A stretch of 63,987 nt of DNA, the filler included, from Atractiella rhizophila (Eukaryota): assembly GCA_021432655.1 (NCBI GenBank). It is 6 parts of 4 records of this genome, joined end to end, with 100 filler letters (N's around TTAATTAATTAA, not from the genome) between each part and the next. Parts side by side here need not be neighbours in the genome. Positions count along the whole stretch, not along the records: positions 18,291 to 40,352 come from MU271569.1; positions 40,453 to 53,799 come from MU271570.1; 4 more parts are not named here. One strand, given 5' to 3'. Each line of letters starts with the position of its first letter. The stretch's first letter is position 1. This document shows positions 37,811 to 48,298 of this stretch, in pieces. A program made the position numbers and the translations under genes. The notes beneath the pieces were generated by a model. It did no database searches. It was not told the DNA's origin and saw nothing but the letters and a program-made list of their open reading frames with translations.

Positions 37811-38894
37811 ATGCCTGCTGTCGTTGACAATTTCACGCTGTTTGGCGTTCAGCATGCCGCACAGTTCAGAATTTCAGTAGCATTCGGTATTGATCCTGCC
37901 TCCAGTGTCAAATATATTCCTCATTGATGTTGACGCATTAGCCGAACCTATCGCAATTCCTGTAATTGTAAACAAGGAGGAAGACGTTTCCCACCTTCTT
38001 GGACAGCTAGAGGATTACTCGTCGCAACCAGTGACCAGCGATGGGAGCCTGTTACTCTCAGTAATAACACGATCGCCAGCGGACTCAGGCTTAGATGAGG
38101 ACGAGGAAGGCGAAGGAATAGGGTGCAGTTGCCCCATCGATCCAACCTCTGGTTCACAATGTACATCTTCTTCCGAGGATTGTGAATGCGTTTCGAGCTT
38201 CGGTAATTTTTACGACTCGTTGAACGATTCAGCTTCCAGTCAAGTCACCAGCGTGTTGCAACTCGCTGCCGTTCCTCCCGACTTCCCTCTGCGCGAATGC
38301 AGCCCTCTTTGCTCCTGTTCACCTGCTCGATGCAGCCTTCGAGTCTCACAGCTGGGAGTTCGAGTATCGCTTTCCATTCGAAAATCTGAGACAATCGGAG
38401 GAGCAGGACTCTTCGCGGAGCAGAGGATCGTGAAGGGGACGTTTGTATGCCTTTATTCAGGAGAGATGATCGATGCAGAAGAAGCAAGGAGGCGGCGTGC
38501 GGAAGGGATGAAGGACAACTATATCCTTTCCGTTCGAGAACGTTCACGAGCCGTTCAGGAGAGCAACTTCTCGACAGAAGTCTGGACCATCATCGATGCG
38601 CGTAAAACAGGGAACGTTGGCCGCTTCGCAAATCATGCTTGTCCTCCAGCTCATAACCTCATCTTAGTCCCTGTCCGACCAGTTGGTTCGGTGCATCCTT
38701 TGATTGGGATGTTTGTGAGGAGGGATGTGGAGAGTGGAGAGGAGTTGAGGTGGGATTATGGAGATGGGCTCGAGGGATCCAGATCCGCATCAGATGGAGA
38801 ATGGGAGCATTGGCGAAGAACAGCGTGTCTTTGTGGGAGTGAACGATGTAGAGGGTGGCTACCTTTCGGTGGGGATGCAAACGCGATCGGTTGA
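37811..38894 (+). CDS. SET-domain methyltransferase with pre-SET and post-SET (SETMAR/SUV39-like SET module)
   Basis: GCSC...CEC, ECSPLCSC (pre-SET); GAGLFA; YSGE; GNVGRFANHAC; GEELRWDYG; CLCGSERCRGWL (post-SET). Confidence 0.9.
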
Positions 38895-39013
38895 AGGACT
38901 GCAAGAAGTAGGTGAATGAGTGCTGTAAGATTCAATGAGCATTGATTTGGGACGTGAGCTTGAGAGCTCGAATATCACATGGATGCCTTGCACGTAAATT
39001 CAAGGTTCAAATC

Positions 39014-40216
39014 TCAAGGTCTTCCACCAGCGTCAGCATCATCCCAAACGTTCGACCATTTGTCCCCACACTCTCTTAACGTCCTCCTAGCAATCCCAAT
39101 CTCCTCCTCATCCCACTCTCCAAAGAATAAAAGAACAATTAACTGTTGTCCTCTCACCGCTTTCTCCTTGCCTGATCCAAGCCGATCCACAAAGAACCAA
39201 CGGATGAAGTCTGGGAAATGGAACCAGTCCACCGCACAGTACGAAAGCTTGATGTATTCTATCGCCATGGCACTTTTCAATGTGCTGAAGAACTGACGGG
39301 AAACAAGATTTGAAGTTTCCTGTCCGCCGTCGATGGAGAGAGTAGTGAGTTGTTTGAGGTATGAAAAATCCAGTGGAGTGGGAAGGATGGATATATTTCC
39401 GTCGTCACTGAAAGGGGAGAGCTCGAGATTGAGAAGTTTTAGAAGAAGTGGCAGAGGGGAGCCTGAGATGGAGGAAGCGACGGGACACACATTGGTCAAA
39501 GTCAGGTGCAGGAGGGTATGTGGGAGGAAGAGTGATGGCAAAGGTGGGTAAGATTGAAGTGCTAGGGATATGAGGTCAGGAGGTAATTGGAGGCCTCCTG
39601 GTGCAGAAGGGATGGAGGAGGAGGAAGGTGAGTCTTCCACTCCGTAAACGAAGAGCCGTCTGATCCCACTCATCCTCCGTGTTAGGTTCTCTACCTCCTC
39701 CTTCTTCCACTTTCTTGAACCTCCGCGTTCGAATGTTAACCTTTCCACCGCTTTCAAGCTTGCAATTCCATCCAATACTATCTTTGCATCCTCCTCATTC
39801 CAAAAAGCATCCAGAGTCACGTCCGTCACATTGGGTGAACCGAGGATGACCTCTTTTGCACTCCCGATACTGATCCTCTGGCGGAACCACACATACCTCC
39901 ACAAACGTCCAGCATCAGGGTAAAGTCTCAAGCGAGTATACTTCTCCTCCGCAGAATCAGGTTCGGTCCAATAAGCAGCTGAAACAGACCTCCAGAACTG
40001 GCATACGTCAGACAGTCGGGAAGCTGTGTCGCATCCGAGGGAATACGCTTCTTTCGCTGTGAGCAAGTCGAAGATAAGTGAGAGGAGCTCTGCAGGTAGG
40101 CGTGAGATGGAGCATGGAGTAACCCCCGGAGTTGGGGCGAGTGAGAGTTGAATAATGTTCGCCGTGCTCTGACGGATTGATGGGACGGTCGATACTTCGG
40201 CATCACTGACAGGCAC
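39014..40216 (-). CDS. F-box-like / LRR protein (5' end uncertain, near contig edge)
   Basis: ISRLPAELLSLIFDLL...LSDVCQFWR followed by LxxLxL repeats. Confidence 0.7.
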   Translation of the reverse strand: MPVSDAEVSTVPSIRQSTANIIQLSLAPTPGVTPCSISRLPAELLSLIFDLLTAKEAYSLGCDTASRLSDVCQFWRSVSAAYWTEPDSAEEKYTRLRLYPDAGRLWRYVWFRQRISIGSAKEVILGSPNVTDVTLDAFWNEEDAKIVLDGIASLKAVERLTFERGGSRKWKKEEVENLTRRMSGIRRLFVYGVEDSPSSSSIPSAPGGLQLPPDLISLALQSYPPLPSLFLPHTLLHLTLTNVCPVASSISGSPLPLLLKLLNLELSPFSDDGNISILPTPLDFSYLKQLTTLSIDGGQETSNLVSRQFFSTLKSAMAIEYIKLSYCAVDWFHFPDFIRWFFVDRLGSGKEKAVRGQQLIVLLFFGEWDEEEIGIARRTLRECGDKWSNVWDDADAGGRP

Positions 40217-40352
40217 GAAGTGTTCTTTGTCTCCAGAGTAGAGGATGACGGGGGCAAAGATGGCGTGTGATCGATTTTCTGGAAGGAGAGGGAACGAGCG
40301 AGTTAAAGGGTCCAGTTGGACTGACGGATGTTCGAAATCAACATGTGCAGAT

Positions 40353-40452
40353 NNNNNNNNNNNNNNNNNNNNNNNNNNNNNNNNNNNNNNNNNNNNTTAA
40401 TTAATTAANNNNNNNNNNNNNNNNNNNNNNNNNNNNNNNNNNNNNNNNNNNN
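40353..40452. other. Artificial contig spacer
   Basis: 44 N + TTAATTAATTAA + 44 N. Confidence 0.99.
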
Positions 40453-40790
40453 ACGACGGTCTTCCCCTCCTCTCAGACGTCCGTGATGTTGCCGAAGCAC
40501 ATGTGCGAGCTCTCCAAGTCCCAGAGGCGAAGGGCCATAGATTCATCATTTCGAACGGCGCCATTCTCTGGAGAGACCTAGTTAAACAGCTAGGCGAGGA
40601 GAGGCCAGAGCACATGGATAGGCTGCCGAACGTTCCGAGTGATCTCAAGCCGGAGACGAGAACGCTCGCGAAGTTGGATACGACTCCTGCTCGGGAATTG
40701 CTGAAACTGAAATTTACTGATGTGATGAAAACGTTCGAAGACACGATCGATGAAATTTTGAAAAGGGAAAAGAAGGGATGGGCTCATTGA
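40453..40790 (+). CDS. GRE2/ARI1-like NAD(P)-dependent aldehyde reductase, 3' part (paralog 1, cut by the gap)
   Basis: DVRDVAEAHVRALQVPEAKGHRFI; closely similar to 42475-42810. Confidence 0.88.
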
Positions 40791-41457
40791 TACCTTTATG
40801 ATTTGCAGATATTGTGTCCAGCAGATCTCTCATCAAAGGGAACATGCTTCCCATTTCTTTAAATAATTCTGTTCACAACATCTTTGAAGACGATTACCTC
40901 TTGAAATACGTTACACAAAGGAATAAATGAGCGCAATGTTGTTCAAGTTAAACTAAGTGCTTCTGGCTCTTGAAGGTACACACGATTCTACTCCAGTACG
41001 AGAAGTCGTTGCGTGCACACTTCCTGCTCTAAAACCCAGACATTCAATCTTAAATCACGCCCACAAAGTTCACCGTGAAACCCGAAGTATCTCATTTTTG
41101 GGATTCGAGAGCATCTGGCTGGTACTCAAGTGACTCGACGTCAACAAAGCAAGATACTTTCTCAAAACTCACATTACTGAGTCGTATCTAGAGCTGGACT
41201 ATTTCTAGTAACACTCGTTCCCTTTGGGCACAATGTTCGTCTAGTTTCGCTCCACCAAGGCGCCGTAGTCAGCAAGCCTCCACCACCCGGCGATTCCGGG
41301 TGGTACATTCATCTGCTTCCCCGCTGACAGGGATTGAATGGATACGGCTTGAAAGTGGTGAACGGTCATCGCTGACAGGTCTCTCTCGTTGTGGAGGAGC
41401 AGAGCGTTCAACTGGAGGGGCCAGTAGGTTCAGGAGTTTTCCAAATGTGGGAGGGGC

Positions 41458-41472
41458 ATATATATATATATA
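41458..41472 (+). promoter_or_regulatory. TATA-like (AT)n tract upstream of aldehyde reductase paralog 2
   Basis: ATATATATATATATA about 55-70 bp upstream of ATG 41527. Confidence 0.45.
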
Positions 41473-41526
41473 CACCAGCGCAAGCTATCACCTTGTCCCA
41501 TTGACGCAACAATTTGCGGGAAAGAT

Positions 41527-42810
41527 ATGGCAAGAGTACTGGTCACAGGTGCAAACGGTTTCGTGGGTATCCACGTAGTACGTCTGCCTCCTCGTCGCCT
41601 TGTGACTGTTGCGTTGATGGCAATTACTTTGATTTGGTTTTGTCCCATTTAGGTGGACAGATTGCTTCAGTCAGGATTCTCTGTTCGAGGGACCGTCAGA
41701 TCGGTTTCGAAGTCAGGTGCTTATCTGGAGAGAAAGTTCTCAGAGTTTTTCAAGGACAAGAGGTTTGAGGTGGTCGAAGCTCCAGACCTACTCTATGGAG
41801 ATTTGTCTAGCATCGTGAGAGGTACGACTAGTCCTTTCATGTTTTCTCCAACAAATCATTTTCTCACCTCACGAATGTGACGGTGTCCAGGTTGCTCCCT
41901 CATTGCTCATGTGGCGAGCCCATATCATTTCCAAACCAAAGACAACGAGCGCGACATGCTCCTCCCTGCCATCGACGCTACCACCAACGTTTTGAAATAC
42001 GCCAAACAGGAGGCGGTGAAGAGAGTCGTCGTCACTTCGTCTTGTGCGGCAGTTTTCGATGCGAAGCAAGGAGGGTGTTGGAGAGACTATACTTACACTG
42101 ACAAAGGTGCACATTTCTGAACCTGGTGCTGATATATACATTTGCTCATAACTCTGATTGGGACGTAGATTGGAACTCCACCACTTACGCGGAAGCGAAG
42201 GCATCCACGCTGCCTGTCGCTGTTTATGCAGCGTCTAAGAAATTTGCTGAACAGGCAGCATGGGATTTCGCCTCTTCTAACAACATGGAGCTTGTAACTA
42301 GTGCGCTTTTTGTTCCACCACGGTTTTTCTGGACTAATGATCGCCCCAGTCAACCCGCCTATGATATATGGACCTGCCCTCCAAGACATCAGCAGCCCCG
42401 AAGCCCTCAATACTTCTTCCGCAAACATATACAATCTCCTCACGTCGTCATCCCGTTCTGCTCCACTCCCAGAAGACCGTCTTCCCCTCCTCTCAGACGT
42501 ACGAGATGTCGCGGAAGCGCATGTGCGAGCTTTCCAAGTCCCAGAGGCGAAGGGTCATAGGTTCATTGTTTCAAACGGCGCCATTCTTTGGAGAGACCTG
42601 GTTAAACAGTTAGGCGAGCAAAGACCAGAGCTCAGGGATAGACTGCCGAACATCCCAAGCAATTTGGAGCCAGAGAACAGGACGCTGTCAAGGTTGGATT
42701 CGGCCCCAGCTAGGGAAGTGTTGGACTTGAAGTTTACAGATGTGATGAAGACGTTCAATGATTCGATCGACGAACTTTTAGAAAGAGAGAAGAAGGGTTG
42801 GACTGATTGA
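41527..42810 (+). CDS. GRE2/ARI1-like NAD(P)-dependent aldehyde reductase (paralog 2)
   Basis: VLVTGANGFVG; HVASP; RVVVTSS; YAASK; DVRDVA. Confidence 0.92.
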
Positions 42811-43124
42811 TCCATTTTTGGATTGATTTGTGAACACGTGATTAGTTAAAATGAAACTCCTATTTCCTTGACGTATTCTACCTCTCACACTCGCAAGGGT
42901 GTTGTTACAAATGGTTAAAATACTTTGCAGAAAGGAAAAGGCACTAATGCAACATTGGTAACCTAGTTTCTCCCTTGTTGACACTGTCACTCAAATAAGC
43001 TCTGAAATATTGCTTCCGGCCGATGTTTACACGCAGATCGGAATCATCGTCCTTCTTCTCATAACATAAACAACTTCGCTTTCACCTGCACAGTCTTTCT
43101 GCGGCTTCCAGCATCACAGCGAAG

Positions 43125-45190
43125 ATGGGCAAGACATACCGCTCGCAGCCAGGCGGAGGGGGCAAGAAAGCACGACCAGTTCCCCGTGTCAAATCTCGAC
43201 GGAATAGACCTGATGTTCGTCTTGCCCCTTTGCCCCAGTCTCGCTCAGTGCAGCCATGCCGATAATAATGGGACTGGGTGGATAGCTCATAACTGAAGAC
43301 CCTGAGTCGTACGATCGCGGCCTGAAAGCTCAACTAAAATCTATGGGCTTATATGCAGCCCACACAATGGGGGATGGGAACTGTCTCTTCCGGTCCATCC
43401 CTTCCCCAGAAATGCCACATAGAGCTCACACAATGAGAGCAGAGCGCTTTCCGACCAATTGTTTGGCACCCCTAATGCCCATTTGCAGTTGAGGAAGGAA
43501 ACGGTCGAGTTCGTGCGCAGTCATAGGGAGCAGTATCTCGCTTTTGTAGATGAGGATGTATGGGGTAACTGGGACGGATATCTCCGGGGAATGAGCACTA
43601 GCGGTATGTATTTCTTTTTGGGTTGGTCACTGTTGGGTAAAGAATGCCTTGGGATGGGTAGGGACGTATGGCGGACATTTGGAACTCTCAGCGTTTGCAA
43701 AGTTAAAACGTCGTCGAATCAAAGTCGTGCAGCCTGGACTCGTCTACGTCGTGGGATGGAAGGACGAAAGTCCCTCAGCATCCAACGACGCTGCTTCCGC
43801 ATCTCCTTCGGGGACTTCAAGCTCGACAGTGATGTTGAGCCGGAAGGAGAGAAGGAGTCGTTTGAAGAGGGAGTTGGAAAGGGAGATGGATGCTGAACGA
43901 GGAGGAGCTGTTGATCAAGATAATGAGGAGGAGGAAGGAGAGCCACTTTATATTGCGTATCACAACTGGGAGGTGAGTTTCTCATTGCTCGTCCTAAGGT
44001 CTCGTGCAACATTTCTACATTGGTTTCTTTATCATTTATATCACGACCGTGGAGTACCCATCTTCGATGGAAATGATTTGAAGATGCAGTGGTATAACAC
44101 TGCATCTGTGCGGAGCAATGAAGGAGTCAAATCCTTGGAGCACATTCGTCATTATTACGTTCACATTTTCAGAAGTACTTGTTTCCATACGTGTACATGG
44201 ATGACAGAACGAGTGAATACATCTCCAACACCAATTAAAGTGTCTGCAATAATAGTTAGATGGAACAGACGCTGACTATCGTTCTCATGGTAGCATTATT
44301 CCAGTGTCCGCAACATCTCCGGCCCACATCAGGGGCTGCCAAAAATACGCGACACCACCCCGCCATCGTCTGATCCGTCCTCATCATCTCCACTGCCCGT
44401 ACCATCGCCTCCAAACGACGATCCCATTGACTCTGAAGAGACGGAAGAGGAAGCACCACCTCTCCTCAACCTGAACGTCATCCCTCCCTCATCTTCTTCC
44501 CCCGCCAAGGCGCTCCTACGTTCTCCCACCTCTGTAGCTCACCTCCTGAATGGGCAGAATCATGAGCGCGATTCCTCTCCTGCCATCTCGTCCGAATCCG
44601 GGTCGAGTAAGCTGACTGGGAGCTCTTTGGGGACCTCAGTCGTCTCTTCGGAAGAGTGGGAGAAAGAGAAAGGCCATTCTAATGCTTCCACTATTGTAGG
44701 TCTCAGAGGGAGGGGATTGAGGCTCTTGGATACAGGGAGAAGGAGGAGGATGGAGACGGAGAGCGTGAGCGGCGCGAGTTCAGTCATCGGGCGACGGAGT
44801 AGGAGTCGCTCTCCCTCGATTGGAGAAGAGAGCCCACGTCAGCGATCAAGACGCGAATCGCCCGCTCCTACCACTGTACCTACGACGACTGCTCCCACTC
44901 CAGCACCTGGGGAATCAGACCTCTCCGAACCCGATGACACAGCGCTCCAACCTTCGACTCAGGAGACGCTTCCTCCCTCACCACCAGAGAAGAGGAAGAG
45001 GGGCAGACCGCGAAAGAATCCCGCTGTTGCTGTCGCAGTAGTTAGCGTTGTCGAGAGCACGATGAAAAGGAAGGAGAGGGAGGCGAAGGAGAGGAAACAG
45101 TCGCTGAGGAGTTCAAGCGGTAAAGGTGTAAAAGAAAGAGGTGGCGCCGGAGGAGGCGTCGAGGGAGGGTTCAAGGAACTCAAAATTTAG
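43125..45190 (+). CDS. OTU-domain deubiquitinase (OTUD3-like) with C-terminal AT-hook
   Basis: GDGNCLFR|ALSDQL; YGGHLELSAF; IAYHNWE|HYSSVR; KRKRGRPRK in the disordered tail. Confidence 0.9.
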
Positions 45191-45779
45191 GACGGGTCCT
45201 AAAATGCCCCTTCATCCTTCGTTCGTTCCTGGGAGACGGACAAGGATGGAATGTTCTGAAGGAGGCGGATTACTTGAGTTCTTGTTACCTCTGTTGCTTG
45301 ACGACTGGATGACGACCCACGATTGATGCTTCTCTACGCAATTTCCCTAAATATTGACTTATTCTTCAACAACTCCCATCCATCAACACTAGTTCTTCAT
45401 CTTCATTATCAAGTTTACCCAATCAAGTCGATTAGCATTTCCAACGTTCTCGTCATGGTCTCTCGTAGTTGGTCAATGGTCAAGGTGTAGAGATGTTGGG
45501 ATCGGGGCAGTGAGAGCTGCAATTTCTTTTTACTCTTCTCTTTTTGCTTTTCTTGATTTGCTCCGCTATCTTCACTTTTTTACTTGTGTTGCAGTGTTCC
45601 TTCTCTCTTCGCAATTCGAAGTTTCAAGGAGACGAACAAGGCGTCTCGTTGTTTTATTAGCCGAGTAGACTTCTCTTCTCACCATCGTGCAATTACTACC
45701 ACTGGTTATTAAGTAACTCCATGAATCAGAACCGTGTGACGTTCATTTCGACCCAACCAGCCGGAGCAAATAAGAGATA

Positions 45780-47471
45780 TTATTTAGTCGCCTCTAACCA
45801 CTTTCGAATAACCTGTCGATCATTCTCGCTCGCCACCCCTCTGCCACCTTTATTCCCAGGTGCCCAATCTTCAGAGTAGATGTCCATCAACAATTTGGTC
45901 ATCAGGATGTCCACATCCTGAACCACTTTCCTCTCCACAGCAGGATTTGGAGACGCAAGAAGTTTTCTTGCGGTCTGCATTTGAATTAGGACGGTGTATG
46001 TAAAGGTTGAGATGATGACGCGACGTACAAGCTTGACACCAAAGGCAGCACGGCGACCCAACCCTCCACCAGAGGCGAAGTCGGTCCCAGTCTTTTCCTC
46101 TTCCGAATCGATCCACTTTTCTTTCCAAGAGCCGGATATCTCGATGACGCGTAGGAAGACCTTCCATGCACCTGCACATCAATAAGCATGTGAGCATGGC
46201 GGACTAGATGCTCGACGAACCTGGGTAATCTTGGGCGGTGTACATCGTTTCAGCATTCCGGAGGAGGAAGAGGGTATTGTAAGGCTGGAGGAGGATGAGA
46301 TTGCTTAATGCGCTTAGTGACTGATTATATCTTCGACGACACGTCAGTTTGCTCGACAAGGTCAGAGGGACACTCACGAAGCTATGCGCTCGTACACCTC
46401 TACGAGTTCAAGCCAGCCTTCTGGGTCATTAAAAACGGCATCAAGGTGTTCGATTAGCAATGCGACTCCTTTCTTGAAGTCTAATGAAGAATCTCTGTAC
46501 TTTGAGATCTTGGTGTTTGGAATAGGCGAATGGTTGAGGTGGAGCGAGATAAGACGTTTGCGGATTGGCTAGACTGCTCTGTTGAATGGTAGATCTAAGG
46601 AGGAGGATGTGAAGAAATCGCACGATACAAGTTTCCTCATCAGCGAGGATCTTTTCGTAGAAATCGCGAGCGATACTCCATTGAAGCTTGTGTTCCAGGA
46701 GACAGCCTTGCAGGACTTGTACGCGAGGAGAGTCGGGAAATTTTTCGGCCAGTCGTGAGATGCATGCCTGTTAACAAAGTCATGAGTGAAACTTTCTAAC
46801 TTGAGTGAGAGTCCAAGCGGGAAGCAAATGTATAATCAGGGGAATGTGGCGACCAAGTCTAAGCCGGATTTCAAACTTTCCTCGATAGCACACTCGAGCT
46901 GCACTGAGACAGAAAAGGAACAAATGTGTTCAACAGGACTGTAAGTATTTCACAGCTCCCCAACCGTTTAAACAAGAAAATTAAGTATCATAGTATCACA
47001 AAAAGGTAAAGTATCTACGCAAGCAAACGTTTTGCTTCGTTTCAGTTCAAATTACAGCGACGATATTCGTTGAGAAGTCGACTGAGAATAATAAAACATA
47101 ATTGCAAAGACTGCCTTAAAGCTCATTGTCTCTCATACGGTAGAAGAGACTGAGGAGGTTCATCCCTTTCGAGTTCAAACTCCCACCAATGCCACAACAG
47201 AAAGAAGAAACATAACTTACCTCTGCCAGCTGCTCCCTGCCACACTCAAGGGCGGCGACCGCCGTCTGCTCCAAGAAAGCCCAAGCTTCATTCCGATGCA
47301 GCCTTATGAGTTTATACCTTAAATAGGATAGAGGAAGCTGGAGATACCTTCGTCTCCCATTCTCTTGAGCATCCCAGCAGCTATTACTTGCTCTCCATGC
47401 TCCACGACCAGTGACGGGTTGCGTACGCCAGAAGTGCGATACGCTTTGAGGAGGGGGAGAGAGGCGGCCAT
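45780..47471 (-). CDS. EMC2: ER membrane complex subunit 2 (TPR)
   Basis: WAFLEQTAVAALECG; FPDSPRVQVLQG; HLDAVFNDPEGWLELVEVY; RLWWRV-like C-terminal segment. Confidence 0.88.
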
Positions 47472-47646
47472 GATGCTTGCTCTTGCTGATCACTTGGATA
47501 CAGCGCTGCACGGAAGCTGAGGTGAAGCTGGTGTGTATCCGAAAAGTTGGACGTGTTGTCGAAATCTGATCGGTGTTACCTTTTCGGGTAGCACTTCCCG
47601 CTGTGCCCGTAGACTTCTCTTTCTCACAGAACACCATTGTAAGAAG

Positions 47647-48050
47647 ATGACCCGAATACCTCGCCTGCATTCCCTCCTCCGCACACAACGCGTAAGTCTG
47701 TATTTACTCCTAGTTGAGTTACTAACACCTCGCACCAGTTCCCGCCGTTTACTCTACGCCATCCTCTCCTCCTAGCCCCTCGTGCCCACTCCCAATCTCG
47801 TCTCTACTCCTATTCATCGTCCGAACAAGGTCCAAAAGAGCCCGAATGGCATCCTCCCATTTCGGACGCAGAGAAGGAGAAGCAAGAAAAGATCCTGCGC
47901 GTCTACAGAGCGTTCATGCTCGCCTTTGGAATAACCGTCGTCCTGTGGGTGTGGACGCCTAGGGATCCGAGGGAGAAGGAGAAGGTGGGGAGGAGGATGG
48001 TCGTCACCAAGGGTGAGGGTGAGGAGGAAATCAAGGTCGAGTTCAAGTGA
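47647..48050 (+). CDS. Small (~118 aa) putative mitochondrial single-TM protein, not captured by the ORF track
   Basis: MTRIPRLHSLLRTQR|FPPFTLRHPLLLAPRAHSQSRLYSYS...ILRVYRAFMLAFGITVVLWVW...; GTAAGT intron ~47692-47738. Confidence 0.7.
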
Positions 48051-48298
48051 ATATTACCTAATTCGTTCAGAGCAAATGACAGCAGTTGCACCAATCAAGC
48101 TAGCTTCAGTGTAAGGAAGCGCAATGTGCTGAAAAAAAGCATGGTATCTGTTCTACCTGAGACGGAATTAACAACAGGGTATATAAAATCGGTTGCTACA
48201 CTAAGTATGCGTGGATTACAAAAATGCAGTGTTGCACCAATCGACGGAACACAGGTTTCCGGTGCTTGAAACGAAGAAGTCTACGTTCTTTATCGCTC

